From positions 3,968,001 to 4,032,000 of the forward strand of contig OX597826.1 of assembly GCA_951406725.2 (NCBI GenBank): a stretch of 64,000 nt of DNA, in the 5' to 3' direction. Source of the DNA: Octopus vulgaris. Its lineage: Eukaryota. Under the pieces are notes generated by a model, which saw only the letters and a program-made list of their open reading frames with translations, had not been told where the DNA came from and searched no databases. Shown piece after piece: positions 12,280 to 28,139 of the stretch. Position 1 is the stretch's first letter. Every line of letters begins with the position of its first letter. Position numbers and translations under genes: made by a program.

Positions 12280-12386
12280 TATGTATATACATATATATAT
12301 ACATATATATATATATGTATATACATATATATACATATGTATATACATTATACATATATATACATATGTATATACATATATATATG

Positions 12387-12421
<35 letters not shown>

Positions 12422-12483
12422 GAGTGTGTGTATATGTTTGTGTGTGTGTCTGGGTTTGTGTGTGTGTGTGTACGTGTGTGTGT

Positions 12484-12544
<61 letters not shown>

Positions 12545-12545
12545 G
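12230..12545. repeat. (CA)/(TA)/(TG)n compound microsatellite
   Basis: Seen directly. Confidence 0.9.
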
Positions 12546-14314
12546 GTGTGTTTAGAAACTGTAGCTACATGAAGATTTCATCTTAGATTCTGATAGACTT
12601 TCTTGATTGTGTTAGCCTGCACGGATGTGTAACTGCATGTATGTATATGCACGTGTGTAAGTACGTCTTTATTTTATGTTATTAATTTATTTCTTCTTAT
12701 GCTTTTCTGAGTGACTATGAACGTGCAGGAAATGTGCGTGAGCATTGCGTGTATATAATATACGCTGGGAATGAGGAGACAGCCAGAGATGGAAAGATCT
12801 AGAGAGTGAAAAAGCCACGAGAGAGAGAGAGAGGGGGAAAGAGAGAGAGTGTGATAGAGGCATACAGCCAGAGAAGGGAACAGAGAGTGAGAGGCGGAAA
12901 AGAAAGAGTGTGTCCGGGTGCCCCATAAATAATCTACACGTAGACATGATTTATATACGAAAGCATGAGACATTACGGGACGAATGGTATATATACTGAA
13001 TTTCATTCACGCATGTGCACACTAACGTGCACGTTCACATACACACATTCTCATACATATATACACGGCATATTTCACGTAGATCTTATTTCTGCCTCTT
13101 AGTCATTATATTCTGATATATCAGCAAAGCATCGAATAATTTTATGATCCAAAGAGAATGTTCCATCGTGGAAATAACATTCAGGTTTGTGTGCCAACAA
13201 CGAAGCTTCAATGAAGTCGCTAAACGTACTCGGAAACAGCAGTTAAACCATTTTCAAATCACACCCTATTGCTGAAAATAAAAGAAGGCAACATCAACGT
13301 ATTTTTATGGCAGAATCAATTGATACAGAGTGCGACGTGGCCTTGACATAAGACTTATGGATTCAAACATTCAGGTGAGATGCGCAAGAATTTCTGTTCA
13401 AACAATTTCACTCACAAGGCTTGGACTAATTCGGATTAAATTATGACAATAGTAAAAGACACTTGCCCAAAATTCGAAACAGTTAAATTGAACACAGAAC
13501 GACAGATATTTGGAGTTATTACTATTGAGCCATGTGTCCACAACAAACAAAGACTTTTCATCGCACACATACATACACAATCTGAAACACGTATAGCGAA
13601 TAATCTTTTCTACTATGTGGGAGGGGACTGGTACTTAATTTATCGACCCCCTAAAGGATGAAAGGCAAAGTCGACCTCGGCGGAATTTGAACCCAACGTA
13701 TAGAAATTAATAACATTCCAATCAATAACGTATATTATATGTTATCTATAATATACAATATAAGCGATCTATGTAGAAATATAGATAACCTATGTAGAAA
13801 CATGTTTGCTAATAGAAGCGAACACACTGACACGCTTAAACGTAGACATACTAGCAAATACACTTGCATAAATACATAGGGAAGCATTGTCGTGAAATAT
13901 ATAGAAGAAGGTGCCCCTAGGTGGTCACTCAACTCGTTAGGAATAGAAGCTAAATGGCCTTAAAGTTTCAAAAGTATGGCAAAATGGGGAGTCTTAAATA
14001 AGGTAGAATATAATGGATAATGTTGAATTCAGTATACTATAACTCCCAAAGAAGATTGGATAGTCACGATTGGGACGCCTTTGATCGTGGGACGGTATGA
14101 GAGTGGTAAAAGTTAGTGCTGAGAAACAACTGCAACGACTGCCTGTTTCACAATATGTTTCAAAATATGCACCCGCATAAAAGAGTACAATTATACATAC
14201 GTAGACAAACTCAAAGACTTAGAAAAGCTCTGAAGGAAATGAGAGTTACAGGCGTGACACACAACGCACTAACACACACATTCCATATACACGCACATTC
14301 ACACACACACACAA

Positions 14315-14347
<33 letters not shown>

Positions 14348-14499
14348 TATGCGTTCACATATATGCGACACAAATGTATATACAATCACAAAGAGATAAA
14401 AAGAACGGTTAGAGTGCGATAGTATACAAACATTCGTAATTTCACAAATTAATAAGAGGGCGACAAAGAAAGGGCAAGTCATAGATATAAAAATAGATG

Positions 14500-14775
<276 letters not shown>

Positions 14776-16169
14776 TGTTTCTTTATTAGCCACACAGGGC
14801 TGCACACAGATAGAACAAATTACAAGGTAGAGCTTTTCTTTTGAAGGTTTAAAAAAGAAAAAAAAAAAAAAAAGGAAGGGGGAGTTTCGATCAAAAGGGA
14901 TCGTAAAAGGAGAGAAAGAGGACAAAAAAAAGGGGGGGTTAAAAAAAAAAGGAGGAGAGGAAAAAAAAATTGATCAATAGGGATCGTTATCACAGAAATG
15001 TCAATATGAAGTGTAAAGGGGAGGACAGGTGAGGTTTACCCGTGCAAAGAAAAGCCTACGGAAAAGACCACGGTAACCTCGGTCAATGAAGTCACATTTT
15101 ATATTTCTTTTTTTTTTTTTTTTTTTTTGCAAATAAGCAACTCTCTGTTTTCGATTTCTGGGTTCATAGGACTATGCTCAAGGTGGCTTCGTCATTCATA
15201 CGTGCCATTCTTGCTACATTCACCCATCTTTTTTTAAAACATTCGCTAGACAAAACTTGCCTCTCTACTCTCACTTTCCTTTTCAAGTGGTACTTGAAGA
15301 AGTTGATGAGAGATTGACCAGAGAGGAAAGTGTTTGTCTCCAATCCTTTCAGACGCGTCCACCAGATACATTCTTTCGCCATAGCCACAAGGATGATGAA
15401 AATAGCTCTTCCTTCCCGTTTGAAGGAAGGAGGCGTGACAATATTGACGATAGACTCAGCTGATAAACCGACTCGTCCCACACGTGACAGCAGTTGTTCG
15501 ACATAAGCCCACAGGTCGGAAATTGTTGGACACTGAACGAGTGCGTGCAGAACGGTTTCGTCGCTCTGACCGCATCTCGGGCAGGTCGGCCCCGTGTTTC
15601 TCGAGCCGTGTCTGTAGAGCTTATCCCGAACGGGTAGCGCTTCTCGGTAGCACTGCCAGGCCAGGGATCTCTGGAAGTTGTCCATGGGCCCTGGCCCGAA
15701 GGTCGTCCTGAACAGGCGGGTCAGGTACTCCTCGTCGACGTCCAGGTTCGCCCCGAGCTCGTCGTCGTACCTCCCCTCCACTAAACCCCTATAGAATGCT
15801 TTGGTTGTGTTGAAGTCACTTAAGGTCGACCCAGGACGGCAGAGTTGCTTGAGAGCAACGCGACACTCGCGGTGCCATTCGCCCTTCCTCGGCCTCTTTT
15901 TGATCCACGACTGCAGTTCGGTCATGGAGACGAGCTGCGGGAAAGCGTGCCTCACAAACGGCGACCACACCTGTTCACCGTCGTCTACATAGAGCCAGAG
16001 ATGCCGCAGTCTCAGCGCGTGTCTGCGCATCATCAACCACGGCATGCCCAGCCCTCCTTTTAACGGGTGTTGACAGCAAATGGATCGCCTGACCATCGGG
16101 ACGCATCCTTTCCACAAGAAGCGAAAGAGGATGCGTTGTAGTTTGGTGATGGTAGGGTCGGGACAAGGT

Positions 16170-16170
<1 letters not shown>
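14776..16170 (-). mobile_element. 5'-truncated L1/Tx1-clade non-LTR retrotransposon within a (GATA)n array
   Basis: GC-rich open frame followed by a T-rich 3' UTR ending AATAAAGAAACA directly at (TATC)n. (GATA)n resumes at 16171 in the same orientation. Confidence 0.85.
15164..16168 (-). CDS. L1/Tx1 ORF2 C-terminal fragment (post-RT region and zf-RVT), 5'-truncated
   Basis: LQRILFRFLWKG...PLKGGLGMP; WQCYREALPVRDKL...CPRCGQSDETVLHALVQCP...IWWTR (zf-RVT CCHC). The first ~145 aa of track ORF 15164..16609 are flanking microsatellite and not part of the element. Confidence 0.85.
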   Translation of the reverse strand, partial: PCPDPTITKLQRILFRFLWKGCVPMVRRSICCQHPLKGGLGMPWLMMRRHALRLRHLWLYVDDGEQVWSPFVRHAFPQLVSMTELQSWIKKRPRKGEWHRECRVALKQLCRPGSTLSDFNTTKAFYRGLVEGRYDDELGANLDVDEEYLTRLFRTTFGPGPMDNFQRSLAWQCYREALPVRDKLYRHGSRNTGPTCPRCGQSDETVLHALVQCPTISDLWAYVEQLLSRVGRVGLSAESIVNIVTPPSFKREGRAIFIILVAMAKECIWWTRLKGLETNTFLSGQSLINFFKYHLKRKVRVERQVLSSECFKKRWVNVARMARMNDEATLSIVL

Positions 16171-16230
<60 letters not shown>

Positions 16231-16655
16231 GAATAGATAAAAAGGTGGTATGGGGAGAGAGAGAAAAAAGATGGAAAGAAAGGACAAAAAGCAATTGATT
16301 ATTCGAACATGCACAAACATCAAATAGAGTCCAGGTACACACACACACACACACACACATACCACACATATTGCAAACTAATATGTATACATGTCTACGC
16401 ACACAATCAAACAGACATACGTATGCAATTACGCATACACCGAAAATTGTCACATCCGCAAACATTCTACGAAATAATTGTAAAAACAAAATAATGTTTC
16501 TGTGCAAACAGATATTTACATAATAGGGTGATGCAAGCAGTAGCAAACACATGTACAGATACACCATCTCAGAAAAATATATAAATTGAATACAAAGAAA
16601 TACAGACATGTAACTGTCGTAAATTTTATATAATTATATATATATATATGTATGT

Positions 16656-16698
<43 letters not shown>

Positions 16699-16713
16699 CA
16701 TATATATACATAT

Positions 16714-16810
<97 letters not shown>

Positions 16811-17160
16811 CATTTATATATGTATGTATATATATTCTTGAGAGTAAGCTTGAAACAAAGACACTTTATTTATTCGTTACACTTTGGCAGACCATCAAGT
16901 ATTTGCCGAATGTAGAACCATAAGTAGGTGCATTTAATGGTATATACACAAACACACACACATACACACACACACACTCACATGGAGTCGCAAACAATCG
17001 CACGTATGCCAGACACACTAACGTATTTTCATATAAATGTACACACTCGCATACGCACACACTTGTAGACAGACAAACATAACGGAGACCAGGAATTAAC
17101 CACGTATAAATTGAAATATTGACAAACATAGCAAACCCAAAAGTACACTCACGCACACAC

Positions 17161-17199
<39 letters not shown>

Positions 17200-18436
17200 T
17201 GCACACGTATATATGTATATATACATACGTGCGTATATATATGCGTAGATATACATATGTGCGTGGGGGGTTGTAGACATAGACACAAACATAAATAGAG
17301 CTCCCCCCCTAAAAAAACCATTATGGAAATTCGGTTTGATTAAAAGAAAATGAAATTATAAATGACAGTTGGATGTGAAGCAGATTGGACTTTAGTTCCT
17401 CCAAGACACGGAAACTTTTGAAGAACTCGACCATAATTAGTCAATAATCAATATGTCTGTTATGACAAATGGTATATGTATACACACACACACATATATA
17501 CGTATACGAATATATATATATACACATATACATACAGACACTCATATATCTCTGTTCGTTAAACATATACGCGTATATATATAAACACATATATACATAT
17601 GCATAGACACCTGCACACACCATATACATATATGCATACATTCGTTCATAAAAACACATGTATTATGTACATAGTCAGTCTCATGCGAGTGTATATGCAT
17701 ATTTATGTGTATTAGGTAATGTAATATGATGGGGAGTCTGAAGGCAATAAATACAAGAATACATTTAAGTGAATTCATATACAAATTAATCAATAAACGT
17801 GGAGAAACCTACAACGCCAAAGAATTCATTGTTTTCGGCAGCGTCGTCATGTCACCGAAAACCTGATGTTCTTTCTTATTTAATTTTGCGCAGATATTTT
17901 GTGCATTTCAATCCTAATTTCTATCTACCTTTCATTAAATAGAGTTGACCATCCTTGAGTGACCTATTGCATCGTTTTCTTACTTATTACACAAGATATT
18001 CCTATTCGGTGCTGCAAGCCTTTCTAACTAATATGAGGGCGAAGAGAGAACAGATACGTTGATAGAGAATTATATATAAGGTGATGGATTTCAAAGAGAG
18101 TGAAGTCTTTGAAAATGGTACATTCCTTTGGCGTGTATAGTATCATGAAAGTGTCGTTACGAATTACCCATAGGCTTTAATTGAGACTATTTAGAGACAT
18201 GAGAGTATTATTTCTTCTGATACGAAAATTACCAGTCTAAGAGGACGATGACGCTTTGAAAATTGTCTAAATAATTCTAAATAATTTCACCATCGTTTCC
18301 AAGGATCTACAAACCAAACACAGATGTTCCAAATCATAGATGCTACAAAAAAATTTCGAAATAAAAGCCTTTAACAATTCTTTTTCCTAGCATTTTGTTC
18401 CTTTTCTTTTTGATCTGTCTGCTCCTTTCATTTTCC

Positions 18437-18812
18437 CTTCTACAATAGAAACAAGGCCTGAAATTTCGGGAGAGGGTGTAAGTCAATTACATCGACCCTA
18501 GTGAACACCTGACATGAAAATGGACGAAATACCGCTATGCATTTTGCCCGGCGTGTTAACGATTCTGTCAGCTCACCGCTTTGGTAGCTTGTTTCATAGT
18601 GGTTTCAATTTTTGGTACAAGGCCAGCAAATCTGGGATTGAGAATAAATCGATTACATCACCCCAATTGCTTAACCGGTACGTATTTTATCGACCCTGAA
18701 AGGGAGAAAGGCAAAGTCGTCCCCGGCGGCATTTGGACTCAGAATATAAAATCTGATGTAATGCGGCTAAGCATTTTTAACGGTTCTGTAACGATTCTGC
18801 CAGATCGCCGCC
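18437..18812 (-). mobile_element. Two diverged SINE family A copies
   Basis: GACGAAATACCGCTATGCATTTTGCCCGGCGTGTTAACGATTCTG and CGACCCTGAAAGGGAGAAAGGCAAAGTCG...TTCTGCCAGATCGCCGCC. Confidence 0.75.
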
Positions 18813-20146
18813 CAGGTAGATTCTTTCATATTAAAAGCCATTATCTACTTCCTCGGTTGTTTACCTACTTTATGCAGACTTTCATATAAATCAAATAAAT
18901 AAAATAGACTAAAGAATGGTTTTCTTTCCTGCTTATAAATCCTGATCTTCGCATGTCCTTTATAAACAGAGAATAACTGGGAGTCTCTAGAATATCTGAT
19001 TTATCAAGACTGATTGTTTCTTAATATGATTTTCATATTATTCTCTCTGCACACATTAACTGCGCACAAGGCATATAACAATGAAATATAAATACAAAAT
19101 GAAATAATAACGTGACTTGCATAACCTACGATTAAATACGTACAACAGAAATCGGCCAAATAATCAGGTGATAAAACTATATTACATCAAAGCAATTTTA
19201 ATTTTTACTTCAATTTTAGAAAATAAAAATGTCGTATTATGACATCAGTTCAGTTATCTGAATTTTGAAAATTCGGTCTGTATTACATTTTTTGCTTTTA
19301 GTTATGTGTGATACCTCTTAAATGTAATACATTTTAGCAAATACGTCATAATTATTATCTATTGGTTTATTTTTCACTGTAACCATTAAGATTATTGTCA
19401 ATTTTTTGTTTATTTTATAAGATATAAACTAATATTGGACATCATTTTATACATAACGTGTAGTATTTGATAAATGGAATATAGGTTCTCCTTCTATGAT
19501 ATATAACTGGTAAATTCTCATGGAGAAAATGTACTTCATCATGCAAATCAAATTTTGTCAAAATTCAACTGACAAATTTATTCCCTATCCACCAAGAATG
19601 CGTTCTAAATTGTGATCAATTGTAATATCTTGTGTGTTGAGATATTATTTCTTCCCATAATCTCCTGTATGACAGATTTATCCTCATCGCAAATTCTTTC
19701 AATATAATGATTCAAATAAATATGTAAGAAATAAATACATTTCTTCGTTCAATCAGATTTGTGATTTGTACGGTAAACTAAGATAAGACCTTGAAACATG
19801 GCCCTTGTTATTGCAGGCTGATCACATAATCTTCAACAATGAAAGCCTAAAGTTATCGGATTATTGGACTAATTAAGCAAGAATCCTGAAGGTTGTTATA
19901 AATAACGAGTTTGTACATAGGTAGAAGATTAAATTATTATATCTACAGACCGTCACTCCACCAAATACTGAATGCCTGTTCATTTCATCAGCATTGGAAC
20001 GATGAAAATAATGGCGACTTCAGTTAGATTTGAACCATAAATGCAATATCCGTACCTAAATAACACATGTTATTCTGTCCTTCTCATTGGTACCTGAAAT
20101 GATACGTAACGGTTAGAAGGAACAACTTAAAGTAGAAATGCAACAA

Positions 20147-20201
<55 letters not shown>

Positions 20202-20211
20202 AACTCCCCCC

Positions 20212-20245
<34 letters not shown>

Positions 20246-20247
<2 letters not shown>

Positions 20248-21457
20248 GGGTGTCCCAAAATTAAGGCAACCAACCTTTTTCAATTTTGCCAATGCAAAAT
20301 ATTGATATATTCCGGGTCCGTGCATTGCAATGCAACGGTAAAGGAAACATAATTATGCTACTACCACATTCATTCGATATGACCGCATCCGATACTACCA
20401 CATGTATTCGATATTATCATATCCTTAAGCCTAGGTGCGAATGCTTCACACACGGCACGCAGTTGTTCTTGCAGAATCGGTGTCAATTCCCGGCAGAATT
20501 TTGTCTTCAGGGCGTCGAGCAAAGCATGAGAAGTACTTCAGACCCTAGTCTCCAAAAGTGACCAAACATAAAAACCCAGCGCGATGAGATCGGGGATTTT
20601 TGAGGGCCTTGCCTATAAATGACGGAATGTTTTTCTGAATCCAGTCTGGGGTCTGTTTGGAGCTGTGTGATAGTGCCAAATCCTCTTGGGAGCCCATGGA
20701 AGTAGTTCAGCATTGTGAATGTCGCTAATGTATCGCTGGGTGTTATTTTTTACACCGAAGACACAAAAATGAGGGGAGAAATTCCAGTTTCTGAGCCAGC
20801 CACCTAAGCTATAGCTAACCGGGGATTTTGACGTCGATTTACGAGTCTACCCTCGACGGAGACAGATACACTCCAAATCCGGTCATTCTGGTGGCTTACT
20901 GTTTGTTTGATGTCTAATTTGCTTTCATCAATGAACTCTAGGTTGGGCAGCGTACCTTCAGCCATTTGATGCAGGTTAGGACTACTTTTCTCCACTCTCT
21001 TGGCCTTATAAGATTGTGTGAGCTCATGACAGCGTTGGGATGGGTGCTGAGATCCTCCTTCAGCACTCGATACATCGGTATTCGGCTTAATTTTGTTGTG
21101 GCAGCCAGTTTCCTGACGGAACAAGGATTTCGCTGTAATTTTTTCTCTGGTACTTTTGATAAGCTGATGTCCCTTGACATTTCTTGACAATTGCCCTGAT
21201 TGTTGTACTGGTAATTTAAATTAAATTTTTTTTTTGCTATAGCTGTAGTAGTTTCGTCTCCTTTGTAGAGCGTTATGACTGTATTTTAGCCAATAGCCAT
21301 TATCTAATTTATAAATATTAATTTACTTAGTCCGAAACCCCCCGCCAAAAGAAAAGACACACTAAGCCTTTATAATATACAATTTTCATATTTTATCACA
21401 TTTATTGATATTTATTAAAGCCTGAAACTTCAGTTGCCTAAATTTCGTGACACCCTG
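20246..21457 (-). mobile_element. Decayed Tc1/mariner-superfamily transposon (maT/DD37D-like) with ~27-bp TIRs in (TA)n
   Basis: Left AGGGTGTCCCAAAATTAAGGCAAC versus right (reverse complement) CAGGGTGTCACGAAATTTAGGCAAC. Minus-strand transposase pieces: RNPCSVRKLA...RVLKEDL (HTH), LEFIDESKLDIKQTVSHQNDRIW (first D), and a decayed WPxxSPDLNPLD-like block at ~20570-20610. Confidence 0.85.
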
Positions 21458-21532
21458 TATATAAATATTTATAAGTATATATATGTATATATATTTATAT
21501 GTATGTGTATATATTTATACATATATATATAT

Positions 21533-21564
<32 letters not shown>

Positions 21565-21565
21565 T

Positions 21566-21762
21566 AGGGGATGCTAAAACGTTTCCGGCTCTATGGATAT
21601 CGTGAAAGGCCTGGTTGGAGGTCCAACCTTCCTGGTTCTATTACAGGGCTTAGAAAGACTGAAGAACCACTGTAATAAGTGTGTGAATCTGAGAGGTGAA
21701 TATGTTGAATAAAATCATAATTAACTGATCTATTATTTTCTTTTACCCAAAGCCTTGAATTC
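21566..21762 (+). mobile_element. Mariner-derived non-autonomous element
   Basis: Begins GGGGATGCTAAAACGTTTCCGGCT after (TA)n. Retains the mariner C-terminal remnant CNKCVNLRGEYVE* (~21670-21712). Confidence 0.65.
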
Positions 21763-23711
21763 ATTCATACATACGTACATACATATATGCATACTGTCCA
21801 ATGACTGAAAATAGTAAAACGTCAACGTTTAAAGATAAGAATACGAGAAATCAGAGAAACAATGTCACCAAAATGAGGGAATGTGGAACACATACAAACG
21901 AATGAAATTTTCGAAAGAATTATTACAGGCGGACCATATTAATGTAAAGACAAATACAAAATAAAATTCGATAGGCATCAATATTTGAGCTGTGCTGTTA
22001 ATTTAATTATATGTGTAATATTCTTAATTCGGAATTAATTCCGTAGTAACACTAGATAGAATAACACAGCAGAAGTGGTATCCGCATTTATCATACACTT
22101 GAAATATACTTACATAATTCAAATAATTTTCACTAGGAATATATGGCGGAAAGTGCCGTAGGCGAGCAGAAAATCTGTATATGATATATATGGTAAGACT
22201 AATGAAATCTACTAAAGAATACCCAGAAACTAATATAAACAACTACAGAAGATGTACAGAACATCACGAAACGCATTTGATATTTTCTTACTGTGGAATT
22301 AATGTCAGCATTGCGAAATACGAATGGAAGAATGATGGCGTAAATATACATGAGGAAGAATCTTGCAGAATAACAAAGCGCCATTAGGCCTATACGTACA
22401 TTCAATAGATCAGGTATAAAATCCAGATATCGCTATGAAGGACAACTAGGAAAGGAAGTGCTTTGTAATAGTAGTATGAGGCTACAACGACGATATTATA
22501 TCTGTCAAAAGAACGGATAATTTTTACCAGGCATACAGATCATGAAATACCGATAGATCAAATATGGCGACGGAAAAAAAAATGAGACGTAATGCATACA
22601 TTTGGAATGATTAAAATCAAGCAAGCAATACTTAATCAAAATTTCAAAACTTACAAATATGCACAGCGGAGAGGAAATGGCTGTACAAACTACTGCATAG
22701 ATATTACACTGAGTACAACCAATATTTTTTTCTTTTTAAATAAGATAAACATAGCCAAAGCAAAAACATAAGAACAGACAGAGCAGGGGACGAAGCAAGT
22801 AATATTATCAGACATCTAAATAACAACTAGAAAGCAACAAGAATAATAATAGCAACAATATGAATAACGATAATAATAATGATAATGCAGCTGTATTTTC
22901 ATCATATTTATTTATTTCTAGCATATCATAAATGTAAACTAGCCCAGCACATTAGACATATGTGTTTGTATGTGTATGTGTGTGGGGGAGAGCTTGTTAG
23001 AGTAAGTACACACACAGAGGCTCACACACAGACACAACACAGACACACACACATATATAAATGTGTGTGTATATATATATATATATATATCTGTGTATAT
23101 AAAAGCACACATGCATACATGTATGTGCATCGCTGTATGTATTCGCATATATCATTCAATAAATCAAACTGTTGTGTAGCCGAGATGAGCAAAGATATAA
23201 TTTTAATCTATTCCAGTGAAAGCGATCAATCAATACATTTATCGAGTATACGGCCCATGAAGCAAGCAGTAGCAAAGCAAAAATGGATGCTCGTGTTTAA
23301 AGATTCTGACTCAGAAAAAGAAAAAAAAAACACACTGCTAGTCATACTGGCATAAACACACGCACATACACCATGACTCACACACACCATTACGCGCTCA
23401 CATATATAGCCTATGCTCGCTGATACACATATACTTAGACAAATATACATGAAGAAATGTAGAGACACATAAAGAGACACATATGTACGCTCGCATCTAA
23501 TTAAAGAAGTGCATGCGTAAACATGTATGTTTGTGGCTATGAACGGGTGTTTTAGGTACAACTTCTTTCGGAGCATGTCAGTATTTAAGTATGTTTCCTA
23601 ATGTATATTAAATCTTTTTAAAAATCACATGCTTAAACACTCACACAAACTGGCAGACACACACGGATTCACGGTATATAGATACTGTGTGCGAATATCG
23701 ACATAAACACT

Positions 23712-23753
<42 letters not shown>

Positions 23754-24132
23754 AATATATATATATATGTGTGTGTGTATGTGTATATGTATGTATGTGT
23801 ATATGTATGTATATATATATGCATATATATACAAGCACACATATGCACACATATGAATGCGTGTATATGTATATATGTGTACGTGTATGTGTGTATATGC
23901 GTTTGTCCATAAGCTACACGTACACCGAATAAAAATCTACATTTATTTCAAGAAATGTAATGCACTTTTACAATCTTAAAAAATTGTCAGTATGATAGAT
24001 TAATATGCATATAGTGTATCCTTACGCTGTATATATGTATGTACATCTAACTTTCTTTCTACTTCCCCCTCTCTCTCTCTCTATATATATATATATACAT
24101 AATTTGATGTATGCAATATGTTACAGTTAATT

Positions 24133-24348
24133 ATAGTTTCTTGCCATGAAGACACGTGGTTAGGCACTTTTCATAACGCATCTTTTTTCTCGAATGTATC
24201 CTCTGGCTCTGAGGACAGGGTCTCTTCTATTTCAACAGCACAACCCTGGAACAGAACACACCATGAAGTTAGACTCAGGGACTTGCGGGAGAAACAAGGC
24301 GCATTATAAAAGTCTGCCTTGTCACGTGTTTTCATAGTAAGAAACTAT
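24133..24348. mobile_element. MITE with ~45-bp imperfect TIRs
   Basis: ATAGTTTCTTGCCATGAAGACACGTGGTTAGGCA versus right-end reverse complement ATAGTTTCTTACTATGAAAACACGTGACAAGGCA. Confidence 0.7.
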
Positions 24349-24449
24349 TAGTAGCTCTTATCTGTTTAATGCCTACATTAAATGGTATTTACTCACTGGA
24401 TTGAATACGTTCTTGCTGGTCTTTTCTTAAAGGAAGGGTAACGTAAATT

Positions 24450-24861
<412 letters not shown>

Positions 24862-25311
24862 GCAAGTTAATTCAACTCGTGGCTGAGAATATTTCCTCAT
24901 TTCACTAAGTGTATGCTTACTTCCCAAGAGTCCAAGAAGTTCTTGTATTTGAAATTGTTTTGCATGGTCAAACTGTTGCAAAACACTGAACTCACATTTC
25001 AGTAAAATCAGATACAAGAAAAGTGGGACAACTGAGGTTGAGATTACCTACATACGGACTTCAGTTTCTTTTACAAGTTAGCCATCTCGTAGTTCCAGCG
25101 AGAATTAAGTTCCTTCAGTCCCAGTGATTCTCATGTTAATTAATCTAAAGCTGGGTCTTTAACAGGTGGCACAAAAATTTGGGAAGAACAGAAGCCAAAG
25201 AGATGGTTTTACATTATACAAAACGCCGAAACTTTTGTGCCAAGTTTCCTCTACCGGATGTCGATGATTTATACAAGCCCGCACACAAACGCGCGCACAC
25301 ACACACACACG

Positions 25312-25344
<33 letters not shown>

Positions 25345-27409
25345 TGTCTCTCTCACACACGTATATAATATTGTGTTAGAAATATATTTTTAACATTTGA
25401 TATAGAGAATTTAGCTTCTTGTGAACATGTGGAAAGACTATCATTTTTCCTAATCAGATACTGTTAAGTGGAGTTAGTATTTAATGCTTTTCAGTTAAGC
25501 GTAAATTAGTTCCACTGTCACTTCTTTTGTATCCTTCTGCTTTTCCATCTATAAGTAATTTTATTCTTATACAATCTACTATATGTTTTGTTATACTGGT
25601 GTGGAGTTATTGTATTCACTACATTTTACTGCATTTTTATTGCATTTGAACGAATGAATATGTTCTGCAGATAGCGTTTTGAAGGTGTTTCCTGTTAAAC
25701 AGATATATAACATTTCAATTTTATGCGTGGAATTAGTTCTGGACATTAGAACCATAGAGCAATATTTTTTGCTGTAGCGGAAATAAGTTTTTCGTCTTAT
25801 AAGTAGAGAATGACCAAAGCCACTACTTTATGGTCTGATGACCCCGTTTAAACACGGGTTCTCTGCCCAGCTGCTGGTACCACGCTTTGTAATGTTACTG
25901 ATTACCAGCTATAGGTGAATAGCCTCGCAACCTTCCGGAATAAATTGTTGGAAGTAATCATTATATATCGGAGTGAAGCCTCAACTCTGTACTACTGTTT
26001 TTCTTTGAAATTACTTTGTGCTACTCAAAAGTAGTGTGAAACAAATTCTATTTTTTTCTTCATATTTCCTTATCTGTTACTTGATTTGATACACGTCGAC
26101 TAATGTAGTCTGCGGCGTGAATAGGTTGGTGAAAACCTTATTACTGTACATTTTTTTTTAGATTTAGCTCAGATTTTGTTTTGTATAATTTTAGAGTTAT
26201 ACGTAGATAATCGATAAAGTTGGCTTGCTGAATATTATGAGTTTAGGATATTTTTTATCGATACCTATTTATTATCAGCTATATGTACTAAGGTATTTCA
26301 AACGAAGAAATAATCTTCATCAATAACACACCAACTCGGGATGTGATTCATGGATGAGTGATTAAATTTCTTCCTGTGCAGTCATTTGGAAACTTCCGTC
26401 TTACATAATGAAGGCACATTTAGATGTAGATATTAGAATAAGCTTTTCGATTTTGATACAATTCAGCCAGTTTTTTTACTGTAATTTTGTATTTCAAAGG
26501 TAGTCTATTTTATCAATAACACTGTTCACTTCTCTATCTCGAGATAAATTAAATCTAACCCCTTTAAATTTTCCGAGAAATCATGTATATCATGAAACTT
26601 TCAATAGAAATTTAGTCAAAAGATGCTATTCTTGCTGCAAAATTTCTACAAGCCTCATATTTTAAAGTCAGATATGTTTCTATTAGATGTAACTACCACC
26701 AAATTACTTCTCTATCAGTAATTGTCTTATGAAATATTTAATATTTTGTTTCAAAGTGCTGCGAGCTGACAACACTGTTGTAAGTTTTGATTTTAATAAC
26801 ACATTATTTCAATTAACAAAGTGAAAAAATCAATTTTCCACAAGCATTCCCAGGTATATTTGGTTTCAAAAAAAACAAGAATCGCAGCATTTATAATTCA
26901 ATGTTGAATACACAACGGCGCCACCGCATCTGTCAATGATAGTTTTCTGACGACTTTACGTTACAGAATTTGCTTAAGTGACAAATTATTATTTTTATTT
27001 TAACGTAATAATAGAAGTGTTTGGTCATTAATGACTGGGTTGCAACTATTCTCTTTGCAATTATGTGCTTCCAAACTACTTATTCAAACACGAAGATCTA
27101 TTACATACCTTTCAAAATTCAGAAAAATCGGAAATTCAAATGATGTTTATTTTTGTGAATCTGAAGGCAATGTAATCTTATACAGCATATACTAAAATAT
27201 ACAAATATATGTAGCATATATAAAATACACTTTATGATCTTGAGGTGTTTCCCTTCCACTACTAAAAGTGTTACATACACACGCAATGTTCAACTTCTTC
27301 ATTACTTTACATTTCTATATATCTAACTTTCGATATACACTTATACATATACATACATACACATATATATATATATAATTAACTAAAATAAAATATACGT
27401 CTACGTGTG

Positions 27410-27690
<281 letters not shown>

Positions 27691-27779
27691 TTGAGGGAAT
27701 ATTATTCCTAACTTACAGGGAAAATTTCAATTCAGAAAAACTAAATTAAATTTCACGAAATATAATATAAATGGAAAAG

Positions 27780-27960
27780 AAATGATGGTAAATTATATTT
27801 AAAATCGTAGACTCATCGTCGACGCGCGATAATACCCAGTAGGGCTCGATATGAATCACGACTATAAGATACCCGGTTAAACTGCACCGCAAAATGTGGG
27901 AGTTGTTAGGAATCTAAATCGTAGGAGACAGACACACAACTTCTCTTTTATATATAAAGA
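27780..27960 (-). mobile_element. Non-autonomous Helitron 5' terminal fragment
   Basis: Minus strand starts A|TCTTTATATATAAAAGAGAAGTTGTGTGTCTGTCT, the canonical 5'-TC Helitron end after a host A. Confidence 0.55.
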
Positions 27961-27973
27961 TATATAAAAATTA

Positions 27974-28031
<58 letters not shown>

Positions 28032-28033
<2 letters not shown>

Positions 28034-28139
28034 CTTTTAGGTGTTTTCGCTCAATAAACACACACAACGCCCGGTCTGAGAACCGAAACCGCGATCCTGC
28101 GACCGCGAGTCCGCTGCCCTAACCACTAGGCCATTGCGC

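Noticed and set aside
16169-16609. N-terminal extension of the 481-aa ORF (likewise 35195-35268 for the Penelope ORF)
   Set aside because: Read-through into flanking microsatellite or host DNA beyond the truncation point.
17800-19960. Possible ancient LINE remnant on the minus strand
   Set aside because: Only vague motif echoes; not supportable without a search.
25835-25860. CTGATGA followed by a hairpin (possible hammerhead)
   Set aside because: No GAAA after the stem and no stem I or III.
25800-26400. Possible Gypsy integrase remnant (LIHESHPEL on the minus strand)
   Set aside because: A single short motif with no convincing collinear support.
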